Shown: piece by piece, positions 12,330 through 25,423 of the stretch
Numbering within the stretch: position 1 is the stretch's first letter
How the letters are laid out: every line of letters starts with the position of its first letter
Assembly (NCBI RefSeq): GCF_964194155.1
Contig: NC_135882.1
Coordinates: 116,808,001-116,872,000, forward strand
Length of the DNA: 64,000 bases
Origin: Cetorhinus maximus
Taxonomy: Eukaryota
Direction: 5' to 3'
The notes under the pieces: model-generated
The model's input: only the letters and a program-made list of their open reading frames with translations
What the model was told of the DNA's origin: nothing
Database searches by the model: none
Translations under genes and position numbers: made by a program

Positions 12330-13400
12330 ATGAGGTTGTCACGGGCACATCTTCCCCGTCGTGCCCTTGCAATAGCATCGTTGAATCTTTGCTTCCTTCA
12401 AATTCATCCCCTTCAACATCCTCCTTGTCAGGGAAGATGTGTAGCTCCCCCATGTCTCTCTGTCGCAAAACATCCTCCTTTGCAGCGCCAGGTTATACAG
12501 GGTGCAGCAAACAATGATGACGTGGGACATCCTCTGTGGTGATTATTGGAGAGCCCTTCTGATTGGCCCAAACATCTAAAATCCATCTTCAAGAGGCCAA
12601 TGGTCTGCTCTATTAAGGGCCTCGTGGCTGAATGTGTAGCATTGTATCTCCCCTATGATGCACTCTGTGGAGGGTGAATGGGCGTCATTAACCACAGCTT
12701 TAGGGGGTGCCCCTTATCACCGAGCAGGCAACCCTCTAAGCACCGAGGTCTCGCAAAGATCTGTGGAACCTGCAAGTGACTCAAGCATAAAGAGTCATGA
12801 GAGCTCCCTGGGTCCCTAGCACAAACTTGCTGGATCTGCCTTCTGTGAGCACAGATCAGCTGGATGTTTAGAGAGTGAAATCCTTTTCTATTAATGAATC
12901 TCACAGGCCGCTGCAAGGGAGCTCTCAAAGCCACAGGCGCAACTGTACTTGCAGAAAGCCAGAGATTGTGGTGAATCTCACAGCTCTGGCAGCCTGGTTT
13001 GCTTCATCCATGCAGAACTGCACGTAATGGTGAACTTTAATCAAAACGGCATCGGTAACGTCCCCTATGCATTTTTGTGTCACTGGTTGTGAGATTCTGC
13101 AAAGCTCCATAGTGGAGCCCTGGAGAGACCTGCTTGTAAAAAAGTTGAGTGCGGTAGTAAGCTTAAAAGCAACCAGCATTGCATGCCCTTCAAGTCCGTG
13201 CAGCTTGGGTTCCTCACGGAGAATGTGGCAAATAAAGCTACTACATCGCTAGACAAGCAAAGACATTTGTAGCACTGTCTTTCGCTCATCTCAATGTATG
13301 AGCTGCATCTTCTGTAGACCCTTGGTCACACCAAATGTCTTCATAGATTTAGTCCCTCTTCATCAGCATCTGGATCTTCCTGGGGCCTTGCTGGCTCCTG
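12330..13400 (-). pseudogene. Harbinger (HARBI1-like, DDE_Tnp_4) transposase, disrupted
   Basis: KLTTALNFFTS, FINRKGFHSLNIQL, PGSSHDS, LLGDKGHPL..LMTP, IEQTIGLLK..FRCL, CCTLYNLA; the first catalytic-Asp segment appears deleted; stops and frameshifts present. Confidence 0.9.
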
Positions 13401-13874
13401 TTCCTCAGGGTGACGTGTGACGGTCTTCCCTGATCTGTGCCAATCAGCGATGGGCCTCTCTTCTCCCCACTCGCACTAAAGATATCAAGAAGGCAGCGTT
13501 GCCTATAGCCTGCATTCTCCATTCCTCCTTGTTTCCGTGAAATGATACAATTTAGCAATTAAAGTTAGTTCACATTGATTTGTCTTTCTCCCACTCGCCG
13601 ACCCGAAGATTTTGGCCAAAGGTTCAAATAACCAAAAATGGCGGGAGTTTAACTTTCCCACCAGAATTTTGTTTAGGAGTCTATATGTTTTAATCTAAGA
13701 ATTTACACACATCACAACCAATATGTCAATTTCTTTGGAATATATTTGTCGTGTGTTATTTTTCTAAAGTTCCTTGATCTTTGAAATTACCATGTTAAAG
13801 TGTCAAGTCTAAGCTTAAACACAGTTCTTGGGATTCTGAATGAATATTGAAGAAGAACATATGAAAATACAAAA

Positions 13875-14039
13875 CAAAAACAAAAATAACCGGAAAAACT
13901 CAGCAGGTCTGACAGCATCTGCGGAGAGGAATACAGTTAACGTTTCGAGTCCGTATGACTCTTCACCAGAACTAAGGAAAAATAGAAAAGAGGTGAAAGG
14001 TTTTGGATTTCCAGCATCTGCAGTTTTTTGCTTTTATCT
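13875..14039 (-). mobile_element. Short Penelope-derived insertion with inverted 3' piece and degenerate hammerhead motif
   Basis: Flanked by direct repeat ATATGAAAATACAAAA (13859-13874, 14040-14055); minus strand reads agtt-CTGGTGA-a-gagtc..gactc-GAAA-cgtt-aact. Confidence 0.75.
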
Positions 14040-14279
14040 ATATGAAAATACAAAATTGACAGGTGAGAAAAGATCTGGTCTATTAAGTGTGCCCCATATA
14101 GTCATGCACTGCCTAAGTACCATGACCCTCCATTCACTAGCAGCCATGTAACATCCCAGGAGAGACAAAATAAAGTTTCTTAAAATCCATGGGACAAGTT
14201 AGGGATAATAAATTTCAGGGAAATTCTCCTTCGGACACTATGATCAAGAGGAGTTACCAGAGGCAATAGTAACCATGAA

Positions 14280-16460
14280 GCTCATAGAATCATACAGCAC
14301 AGAAGGAGGCCATTGTATCTGTGTTTTCTGAAAGAGCTATTAATTGATACCACTCCCTTGTTTATCCACCATGGCCCTTCTCAGTTTGCCTTTTCAAGTA
14401 TAAATCCAATTCCCTTTTGAAATTTACTGTTGACTCTGCTTCCACCAACCTTTCAGGCAATGCATTCTGAGACATCATAACTCAACGAGTAAATCATTTT
14501 CTCCTTATTGCTCCTATGACATTTTTGCCAATCACCCTAAACCTGTGTCATGTGGTTACTGATCCTCCTGCCGAAATCGTTTATCCCGATTGAATTACTT
14601 CCCTTAGCCACTCAGCCTCTCTTTCACTCACACCTGCTTTAAGACACTCCTTCAAGCTGACCTCTTTGACCAAGCTTTTGATCATAAACCCTAATGAATG
14701 CGCCTGCTGTGCTGCACACACATGTATGCAACCGTGCAGGAGCTGGAAGGTATCACACAGGCCTTCATCAGTGCTAAATACTGGGCATGCACTGCAAACA
14801 AATTTACATGTACTGTGTTGAAAAAACTGGCAAGAAAATATTGGTCCTAATATCTTCTGAAGTGGCTTTGTGGCCCAGAATAGACCATATGGTTCATCTA
14901 GCCTATCCTTCAAAATGACACCTGTATATGACAATATGTACACTCTCCATCATAGCCAAAAACCATGTGATCTCTATTTCATTGAAGCTCTCAAATCGAA
15001 TGAGTCAAGCAAGATGTGCCTTTAACAAATCTCCGCAGGCTGTCATTTATTAACCTGTGTTCTTCAAAGTGACAATTTTGCCTCAGGTTATTGTCTCTCA
15101 AAGTTTCCCCGCCATCAATTTTAGGCTGACCAGCTGGTAATTACTCCATTTACCTTTCTCCTGAACAGAGGTATCACATTTCCAACCCTCCAGTACCACT
15201 CCCATCACCCAGGATTGTGGCCAGAGCCTTCCATCAGCAATTTAGGATCCCAAAGGGGCCAGGTGACTTCCCTACTTGAGCACTACCAATTGTTTTATGG
15301 TTTTTCCTTGATATATGTTTTCCCCTATCTAATTTCTCTACTACTTCATCATTTACTGTGGCATTGGCAGCACCTCTTTAGTGAAGTTGGATGCAAAGAA
15401 CTCGTTTATTACCTCAGCCATGTCCTTGGCCTCCATTAGAAATTCTTTTTGGTCCCCGTTTCCTTTGACTATGCTTTTCTTCATTATGCGTTTGTAGAAA
15501 GAATTTATTTACCCTTTTATGTTATGAGCTAATCTTTTCTCATTCTCTTAGCCCCTAGTTTTCTTTTTCAGCTCTCCTCTGCAGTCTGTATCCAGATCAT
15601 TCTCTACTGTATTATGAATCTGGCATTTATTGTAAGCTTCCTTTTCCTTTTTCATGTTAATCTCTATTTCTTTAGGGAGCTGAAGCTGTTTGGATGCCCT
15701 TCTACTTGCCCTCATTGGAACGTGTCTAAATACCTGAACTAGCTTCTCCTTGAAGACCTCCCCTGAATCATTTTAGTGTTTTATCTGCCAGTCTTTGTTT
15801 CAAACATGATCTCTTTACAATTCACTTAAATTAGTCCTCCTGCTGTTGAGTATTGTCACCTTTTGATTTCCCCTTGTCACAAGTGGGTGAAAGGTTATCG
15901 GGGGTAGGCAGGAATGTAGGTTGAGGTTACATTCAGATCAGCCATGATCTTGTTGAATGGCAGAGCAGACTCCTGCTTCTAACTCATATGTTCTTTGTGA
16001 CTGCTCTAAACATCACAAAGCATACCACCTATCTTTTGTATGCAGTGTTAGCAGCCTCAACCAGTATCTCCTGCAGAGCCATATTGAATATTGTAAGTAC
16101 CGTGAATCTGCGCTCGGTGCTTGAGCTGGCGACTTGTTCCAGAGGTCAATGACCCTATGTGCAAAGAAAAGCCTCCTAACATCTAACCTAGTTCTGTGCT
16201 TATGTAACTTTTATACATGCCCCCTCACTCTCCCTGACTCATCTAATTGAAATAATCTGTCCACATAGACACAGTCTAGTCCTTTCATAAATTTAAATGC
16301 CCCAATTAAATCTCCCTGAAGTCTTTGTTTTTTTTAAAGTGAAAAGATCCATTTCGCTGAACCTGTTGAGATAACTAAGGGTATTTAAAGTAGGTATCAA
16401 TCTAATGGCCTCCTCCAAACATTGCCAGGGCCTTTATATCGCCCATCATGTGATGACACA
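14280..16460 (-). mobile_element. Cluster of old CR1 fragments (mostly minus strand), with an L2-like tail at ~14590-14690 and a plus-strand CR1 3' end at ~15880-15995
   Basis: catagaatcatacagcacagaaggaggccatt CR1 3' terminus at 14283; degraded ORF2-like sequence further on. Confidence 0.55.
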
Positions 16461-17619
16461 GTATAATAGATAAACTGGATGTAATTGTTGGTGGGTTTTC
16501 TGTAATTAGATGATTGTTATCTTTGTTACTTGCTATTTCAATTGTTCAAAAATGATTGGAATACTCTAGTATTTCGATAAGATTTTCAATGCATCAAGCT
16601 ACATCAAAACGTGTGTCATAATGGTTCGTACTGCTTTTTCAGTTAAAATTATGGGGCAAAAGTTTTCTGCCTCTCCTTGCTGTGAGAGTCCTTTAAGCAA
16701 CCTCAAATTAGTTTCTAGTGATCACAAACCCACAGCACAAAACTTCTCCAAAGATCAGAGATTTTGACACTTACTTGGTGCTGGGGGTAGTTGGTATGGG
16801 GAATAGAAGAACTCAAGTGCTGCAGTAGGGATGTTCTTTTGAAGTTGGAGTTAAAAAGAAAATTATTGGGCAGAGTAGAGGAAATGAAAGTCTATATTTG
16901 GCCCTTCCTATGTTTGACCTTGTAATGCTTAGTGCAAATATGAGGTGTTGAGTTGAAATTATTGCACTTTAAAACACAGGTTTCTTGTTTCCTAAATGCA
17001 AAAATTCACCAAAAATATACATTTTAAAAAGACTCTAATATTCACTTTCATTTAAGATAAGAAATATCGAATTGTAATTGCAAAGAGAGGTTTTCTTACT
17101 TTTTTAACATTAAAAGTGTTCAATAAATGTAAGCTGTTGTGATTGGTGAGATGTTGAGTTTTGTTCCCCCATATTTATTATGACAAAGAAATCTGTAAGC
17201 TTCTTGCACTTCTTGTTAGAGGGAATCTGGTGAAATATTTAAGTTGATGGCTTTTAGTGGGTGTGGGAAATCTGGCGTTGCTTCGCTCCAGGATGATCTT
17301 AAGTTAGATCCAGCTGGAGCTTGATGTGATGCAGTCAAATTATGTGGATAAGCACTAGTCTGTATCCTTTCAGGATGAGGGTGTGAAGAACAGGCCTATA
17401 CGGGGATAATGGCCAGGATGGGAGACAATGAACATTGTTGAAAGGACCAGGTCATCATCGGTGAGGCAACGGTTCAGCAAATTGATAAGCAATCGTGGCA
17501 AATAGGTGGCCAAAGCTGCAAATTTAAAAGTGCAGTTGTAAGTGACAAGCAGGAATTGTTTTCTTTCAGGGATGGCTGCTGAAGGAAGTGGTGCCTTTTG
17601 AGAGTCCATATATACAGTG

Positions 17620-18595
17620 GCAAGCGACCTACTTTCATCCATGAACCTGGTGACCAGGTTGGTAAGACATGACTTTCTTTTCCAGAGGCCATGTTGCATG
17701 TCCCATTCTCTCCCAAAGTGATCATTGATAGCATCCTAATCATCGATCTCGTCTGGCTTTTTACCTGCACTGACATCAAATGAATCATAGAATAATGCAG
17801 CACCGAAGGAGGCTACTCGACCCATCATGTCTGAGCCAGCTTTTTGAAAGAGCTATCCAATTAGTCTCATTCCCTGATCTCTTTCCAATTCCCTGCAAAT
17901 TTTGGCTCTTAAAGTATTTATCCAATTTCCTTTTGAAAGTTGTTATTGACTTAACTTCCACCACTTTCAGGCAATGCATTCCAGGTCATAACTCTGTTGT
18001 GTAAAATAAATAATAATTTCCTCATGTCACCTCTGGTCCATTTGCCAATTACTTTAAATTTGTGTACTCTGGTTACCAACCGCTTTGCCACTGAAATAGG
18101 TCCCTCTTTTATTCTTATCAAAGTTGTTCATGATTTTGAACACTGTTATCAAATCTCACCTTAAACTTGCTTTATGGAGAGCAACTCTAGATTCTCTAGT
18201 CCTGCCGCATAACTGAAGTCTTTCATCTCTGGTGCTATCTAGTAATTCTCCTCTGCCTTTCCAAGGCCTTGACATCCTTCCTAAATGAAGTGTGATGCCC
18301 AGAATTGGGGGATGTCACTACACACTTCCCTCCAGTGTGGGGGAAAAAGGAAATTGTTCACCACTTTCTGCTTTTTGTCCCTTGGCCAATTTCATATCAC
18401 CAATGCCACTGTATCTTTAATCCCATAGGCTTCAATGTTGCTAACAAGTTTATGGTGTGGTCCTTTGGCATCAAATGCTTTTTTAAAGTTTGCACACACA
18501 ATATCAACCATACTATCCTCGTCAATCCTCTCCATTACTTCATCAAAGAACTCAGTCAAATTAATAAAACACAATTTGCCTTTTGCAAATCCACC
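17620..18595 (-). mobile_element. Old CR1 RT/3' fragments
   Basis: QHGLWKRKSCLTNL, CFINLTEFFDEV..NFKKAFD; 3' end aatcatagaataatgcagcaccgaaggagg at 17783. Confidence 0.8.
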
Positions 18596-20179
18596 TAGAA
18601 TGGCCTATAATTTCCTGTTCTATCTATTTGAGTATTGGTACGTGAACCTCCCTCTAGTCATCAGGAATGATACCCAGCCCTAAGCACCTATTGAAAATGT
18701 GAGCACTTAGTTTAGCACCTATTTCTTTAAGCCATCCCAGGTAAATGCTATATGAATCAGCAGCTCAAATTCATTTAAGATCCCTTATTCTCATCAAAAT
18801 CAGACCTGCATCTGTTTGAACATTTAACAAATCTCATGGAAACTACACTCTGATTATTGTAACTGAACAGGAGTAAAAATTGGTGCAAAGTAGCTACTTA
18901 AGACCTCAGCAATGTCTTGGGAGGCTCGTTAACGTGCCCTGAGTCAGAATGTCAATGGGCTGGATTTTGCATCACTGTTACAATTACACTTGCCTACACT
19001 GGATGTTCCTGTCAGCAAACTATTCAATTAGTACAGTACCTACAAAAGAGCATCTGGGACCTGAGCAAACAGGGCATGTAACTGTATCTCCTTAACCAAT
19101 CAGATTGAAGAATCGTTAATGAACAGAGCAGAGCCTGAACCAGGGAGTGTCAGTTAAGATATTGAATTCAATGTCACAGCAGATACAGCAAATGGTGTTT
19201 ATTATAATTAATTTTCCAATTTTATTTATAATATATTGGAAAAGTAATTTGATGAGACATGAGCCCTAGTGGGCTGCAAGACATAGGAGACAGATATTTG
19301 GTGGATACTGGTATATTAGTATCACCACTCTACGAGGGACCACTATAGCTTTAGGAAGGGTACAGAAGAAAACAAATAAAAGATGCTTTTGGTTTTGCCA
19401 CTGCTTATACTGTAGATCTCAAGAGAGAGATATTCATACACCACTTCCATGTTTACAGTGCCCAAACCAACACTCTAACAGCCTGACAATGTGATCACAC
19501 ACCTGCGTTTATGCTGTCTACAGATTTGTCATTGGGATAAGGGAGCTGGGTAGCTGATACAGGGGTTAGGTATCTGAGTTGTGAGAAGAGGCTGTTAACT
19601 GGGTATGTCAATAATGGTGAAAAGAAGGGTCAAGGGAGAACTTAGCAAACTTTTTAAGATGTTGGGACAGATAAATTGAGCAGTAATAAATTGTTTTTGA
19701 TGCAATAAAAATTTCTGTAAGCAATGAGCATGAACTGCAGCTCAGAAAATTTAGATTTAAACAGAGGATGAAGAATATGTTGAACAGTCTGGCCAAGGAG
19801 ACAGTGAAGGTGGGTAGTAGCAATGAAGTAACGCAGGACTCAATAGGTGCAGCTGTTGAAAGAAGCATTTGAGGTTATAAAGCAAGATTACTGCATAGTA
19901 TTTGTGAGCCTTTGGACTTGTAGTCAAACTGTTATGATCTTTTCTATTATCACTTCTTCTATTACTAGTTATTTTTGATGAAGTTGTCAGTTCATTTCAA
20001 TCAACTCAAAATTGACCTAATTTTTTCTCAACAGTTCCCTAGATGCTTTATATTCAGAATATAATCAAGGTAATGAAGCATATACTCAAAGTATTAATTT
20101 ACACAATTTATTTCAAAGTTGGACAATATGGCAGATATAATGTTTGACTTTCATCTGTTATTTGTCAGTTGGGAATAAT

Positions 20180-21422
20180 GGGGGTGAATTTTCATGGGGT
20201 TCTCATATTTGAATTCCATAACTTCAACAGAGGAGCAGTGGAAACAATAGAGCTATAGGCCTGGTTTTTTATGCCTCCAACCATGTCAGAACAAAGGTGA
20301 AAGGGCTTTAAAAATGAGATGGGAGACAATTCTGGGATTCCATCCCCCTTCCATTTACTGCAATGGTTTTCTGGCATGGGTTAAGAGTGTGGGTAGTGCG
20401 CCTTTATGTAGCACTGCTGTCCTTGCTGGCTCCATTGCAGGGTGGGCATTTCAAACCCCCTGCAATTTTGATAGAGTTGGGCCAGCCTTGGCAGGAGATG
20501 TGGTTCATGGTTCCTTAGAGGGGTCCTGAACCATGGGGGAGCCCCCGTATGGAGTCAGGAACCAAAAAAAAACAAGCAAGCATTCAGTATTCCCTTTGGA
20601 AAACATTGCCCCTCTTACCTTCTCATAAAGCTGTCACTCAAACACAGGCATTGAAAACCCCATTGAGGAACTCTTTAATTCACTTCGCATCTTATAATCT
20701 TGTCCAAATAAACACACGGGCATTGAAAAAACACTTCAAAGAAAAATCAGCTCATTACAAGGTAATAAATATGTCAATTAAACAATTCCCATTGCAACTG
20801 AATAAAAATGTCCATGTTAGGCTGAGTCCATTGTTCCTTCTTGGAGCTCAGCCAAGCATATTCAATGAGGCCATTTAGCAACTGCATCAACAGAAGTAGG
20901 ATGACCAGACATCTGTTTTGTCAAATGGCCTCATCACTTCTTTGAAGCAGTTTTTCAATGCTTGTGTGTTTATTTGGAGAGGATTAAGAGGTGTAAAGTG
21001 AATTGAAGGTTTTTTCTAATGCGACTTTCAATGCCTCTGTTTGATTGGCTTTATGAGAAGGTAAGAGGGGAAATGTTTTTCCAAAAGGAATTTTGAATAG
21101 CTGTTCTTTTCATGAACATTTCAAAGACTTGCCAGTGTTGTTAATGGCTCATTAGCTGTTTACTTAGCACATACTGGGTGAGGAGGCATGGAGGCATTGT
21201 AGAGAGCTGATGTCCCAGTAAATGGAGGTGGGCCTTCTAACCTGGTGGCCTTGTCATCCGCCTACCTCCGTTGCTGCCTTAGGCTTGTCTTGGGAGTTGG
21301 CAGGCCCGTCTCCAGCCCATGCCCACCTCCCTGAAATGAAAATCAGATGGGCAGGCTCCTCCAAGATTGGGTGGGAAAATTTGCAACTTCTGATACCTGT
21401 CTCTTTAACAAAGATTCAGCCC
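20180..21422. mobile_element. Harbinger-type non-autonomous element with an internal long inverted repeat
   Basis: Ends GGGGTGAATTTT / AAGATTCAGCCC; left part similar to the elements at 23945 and 57538; inverted arms ~20581-20742 and ~20939-21099. Confidence 0.65.
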
Positions 21423-21729
21423 ATAGTGTTTATGTCATTAGTGTAGGGTTTTCAAGGCTCATCAAGTCTATGGCAGATCATTGAAGCAGCCCCAGTTGAA
21501 TTTCACTCCCGTTGGGTATTAGAAAAAGTCAGAAAGCAATAGAAAAGCAAATGTAGATAGTAGTAAATAATTTCTTCACATCTGCCTTCACAAATAAACA
21601 GCCTGTCATTTTGGCTGCAGATTCCATAACAAAAATAGATGTGTTATCAAGAAACTAAAAAATTAAACATCTGCAAGGAGATACTTACAGATTAATATGA
21701 AAGTGCCAGATTTTAATGCTTACGAGAAA

Positions 21730-24700
21730 TGGTTGGAGTCACTTCAATTACTTCTCTTCTGTGGTTGAGGGTTTAACCTAATTTAGCAGGGCACCAGGAT
21801 GAATCATTAGAGAGGAAAACAAGATGCTCAGAGGACTGGAAGAGACTGGAGCGAAGAATAGTTCAGAAATAGGGATCAGACAAGGACAGATACAGAACAG
21901 TCTAAGGTGCATTTGGAGAGCACGTGCATAAGTGCACATAGCATGGTGAATAATATTGATGACTTGCAAGTTTGTCACCACATAGGATTATGATGTAGTG
22001 ACAATAACAGATCTTGTGCAAACAAGGAGAGGATTGAGAACTTAATAATCCTAAAAGGTGTTCAGGAAAGATGGGGAAGGATAAAAAGGAAGGGACTGAT
22101 CAAATAAACTATTATAGTACAGTAAGGTGGTGATGCAGTTGAGGAGTCAAATACAGAGTCTATTTGATTAGAATTTGATGGAGGAGGTATTATGCTATAA
22201 TTTACCAAATAGTGGAAAGGAAATGGAGGGGCAAATTTGCAGTCAAATTACAGAAGTATGTGAGAGCTAGCGATAATTGAAGATTTCAGTTGTACTAATA
22301 TAGAGTGGGATAGTATCAATGTAAAGAGGTGGAGGAATCCCTGAAATGGAGAACTTTGTTGATTGCCGAGTTCCGGCCCAATGAGGAAGGAAACAGTGCA
22401 GGATCTTGTTCAGGGAAATGAAGGAGAGGGGCGAGTGGAGCTTGTTTCAGTGCAGGAGTATTTGGGAAACAGTGGTTGCATTATCATCAGATTTGTAATA
22501 ATTATGAAAAAGGGAAAGGAACATTCAGGTGTAAAAGGAGTTAACTGGAGAAGGCTTATCTAAGAGAGTTTTAAGTGATCTGGCCCAAGTAGATGGAATC
22601 GACAATTAGATGAGTAACTGAACAATGGGGATTCTTCAAAGAAATGGTTTGGGTACAGAGTAGATGCATTCCAATGAGGGGAAAGGAAGGGCATCCAAAG
22701 CTAGAGACCCCATAATGGCAAGGTACAGAGATTAAAATGACCCCAAGTAAGGAGGCTTATGATAAATTCAAGTTTCATAACACGGTAGGTAACCAAGATG
22801 AATACAGGAAGTACAGAGCAGATCTTAAAAAAAAAAGGACTAAGAGGGGCAAAGCTATGTGAATAGATTAATAGCTAAAAGGGAATCCACAAGCCTTTTT
22901 ATAAATATATTAAGAATAAAAAGGTAGTCAAAGGGATAGTAGTGGCAATTAGGGACCAGAAATGAGATCTTATTGTGAAGGCAGAGGGTGAGTGTGCTTT
23001 GCATCTATCTTCACAAGGGAAGAGCATGCAGCCAATGTAGCAGTTCGAGAGGAGGCTTTGGTGATACTAGATCATATAAAAACAAAAAAGACCTACTTTA
23101 AATGTTGGAAATATTCAAAAGTAGAATTTTTACCCAATCTAAGTGGGTGCAGGGAATGAGGGTATGTTATTGTGGAATTAAGTGTGGAATTTATAGGGGC
23201 ACTGCCACAATCTTTCAATCCTTCAATATGGGATGGTGGAAGAGGACTGGATGGTCACATATTATATCCCATTTAACACACGGGAGAGAGATGAACTAAA
23301 TGCCAGTTTCCCATATGTTGGGGAAACATTGGATCACAATAATTTGGAGCAAAATTAATTGGTACTTGGAAAGGTATGGACGAATAAATGAAAGTCAACA
23401 TGGGTTTAAAGGCAAGTCATGTCTGACTAACTTAAGTTCTTTGAAGTAATGGAGGGTGTTGATGAGACAGTACCACTTAGTAGACTTGTTAGTAAAATTA
23501 AATGTCCATCCGATTAAAGTGACTGTGGCAGCACAGATGTGACATTGTCTAAAGAATAGGATGGAGAAAGTAGTGGTTAATGATTACAGTGTGAAAAACT
23601 GAGTGGTGTTCCCCAGTGGTGGGTGTAAGTGGCTGCACTTTCTGGTATATATTAATGAAGGGACTTAGGTATGCAGGGCATGAGTTCAAAGCTTGCAGAT
23701 GACAGGAAACTCCAAAGTGTAGTGAAATGTAAATTAAATTTAACATAGAGAAGTCTCATGTGATTTGTTTTGGTAGAAAGAACGAGGATAGGCAATATTA
23801 ACTACAGCAAAATTTTAAAGGGGGTGCAGGAGCAAAGGCACCTGGGATATATGTATATAAGTCTTTGAAGGTGGCAGGACAAGCTGAAAAGGATATTTAA
23901 AAAAAAATAAACTTATAGGTTCTGGCTTTATTAGTAGAGACATTGGGCTGGAATTTCGTGGAGTTGGGGAGACTCCACGGACCTTTAAAAAATGGTGGCT
24001 GGGAGCTGATTCCGGGATTGCTGGTCTCATTCCCAGTGCACCCAATTTTGTCGAGGCAGGATAAGGGTGTGGGCAGCTGCAGATTGCGAACCTGCACCCT
24101 GCAGCACCGACCTGGCTGGCTGCATTGTAAGGTTAGGCATCTCATAGCCTTCTGCAATTTTTGCGGAGTCTGGCCAGCTTTTCAAGGAGCCGTGGTTCAC
24201 GGTCCTTCAGAGGAGTCTGGATGAGGGAAACCTTTAAAAGGTAAGTTCAAAAGGTCTTAGCCTTGCCCCTCATGCACAACCAATGTCCAACCCCCACCCC
24301 AAAGGCCCCTTGTAGCCTCCATGCCAACCTATGACACTTCAAAGCCACAGGACAAAGTTCCTTCAAAGGCAGGATTTTCATTCCCAGGGTGGTGGTGGGT
24401 GGGTGATAACTGGGTCGGGCCCACCGCCCCGGAAAGAGTTTGGAGGCAGCCTCAGGGGCTGCCAGGTATGGAAGCAGGTTGTTTAAAAGGCCCGCCATGG
24501 TGCTCCAGCTGTGATATTGTACCAGTCACAATAGCAATAAAAAAGAAAACAGCCCTCTAGCCCTTACTTCCCTGGGTGCGCTGATCCGGGAGATTTAGCG
24601 GCTCACACTAGCCGCTTCTAGGATGGAAATCCAGCCCGTAGGGTGCAGAAGAAGGGAAGCTATGCTAAATCATCTTAATACACTGTTTAGGTCTAAGATG

Positions 24701-25220
24701 GAGTACTGTGTTCAGTTCTGGCCATTACACTTAGGAAGGATGTCAAGGCCTTAGAGAAGGTGCTTTACTAGAATGGTACCAGACATGAGGGACTTCACTT
24801 ACTTGGAAAGACTGGAGAAATTAGGGTTGTTCTCTTTAGAGTGGAGAAGGTTAAGTGCAAATTTGATAAAGGAGTTCAAAATCATGAATGGTTTTAAGGA
24901 CTGTTTCCAGTGGCAGAAGGGTCAGTATACAGAAAACACAGATTTAAGATGATTGGCAAAAGAGTCAAAAGTGACAAGAGGATAAAGTAACTCAGTGACT
25001 TATGGTGATCTGGAATGTTCTGCCAGAAAGTATGATGGGAACAGATTCAGCTGTAACTTTTCAAAAAGGAATGGGATAAATACTTGAAAGGAAAAATAAT
25101 TAGAACGCTGTGGGGATCTATCAGGGAACTGAGGCAAATTTGGTTAACTCATCAAAGAACCAGCACAGGCACGATGGCCCAAATGACTTTTCTCTGCCTT
25201 GTAATATCATGATTCGATAT
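21730..25220 (+). mobile_element. Old, heavily mutated CR1 (APE through RT and 3'UTR), interrupted by a MITE
   Basis: Endonuclease-like start (YDVVxITE-type sequence ~21990), qhgf/ksclTNL-type sequence ~23400 and a CR1 3'UTR ~24900-25220. Confidence 0.7.
23945..24637. mobile_element. Harbinger-type MITE
   Basis: TIRs GGGCTGGAATTTC / GAAATCCAGCCC; CR1 sequence resumes on both sides. Confidence 0.8.
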
Positions 25221-25423
25221 AGAGTTCCACTCAGAATGTGTACATGGCAATGCAATCAATACAAGCTCATCTAATTTGACATTTCTGGTACTTGGGAGTG
25301 TGGATGAGCAATTGTTTCAAAGTTCATTCCACAACTGGTACGTAACAAAGAAATGTGAAAACATACACCAATTACATAAATTTATGAGATATTAAGTATA
25401 CGCATGCCAATTATAAACTCTAT

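Larger units (their letters stand above)
4985..13617. mobile_element. Decayed PIF/Harbinger transposon carrying a nested SINE, LINE and MITE
   Basis: Left TIR-like GGGTGGAATTTT at 4985; the body resumes at ~9480 and resembles the start of the element at 39617; convergent Myb/SANT gene and DDE transposase. Right end (AAGATTTTGGCC, 13606-13617) is tentative. Confidence 0.6.

Noticed and set aside
12330-13400. Possible domesticated HARBI1 gene
   Set aside because: Multiple stops and frameshifts, loss of a catalytic segment and an adjacent Myb gene indicate a dead transposon.
17219-17325. Frame reading LMAFSGCGKSG, resembling a P-loop, after a good acceptor
   Set aside because: Lacks the first Gly of GxxxxGK[ST] and ends in a stop after ~35 codons; no supporting context.
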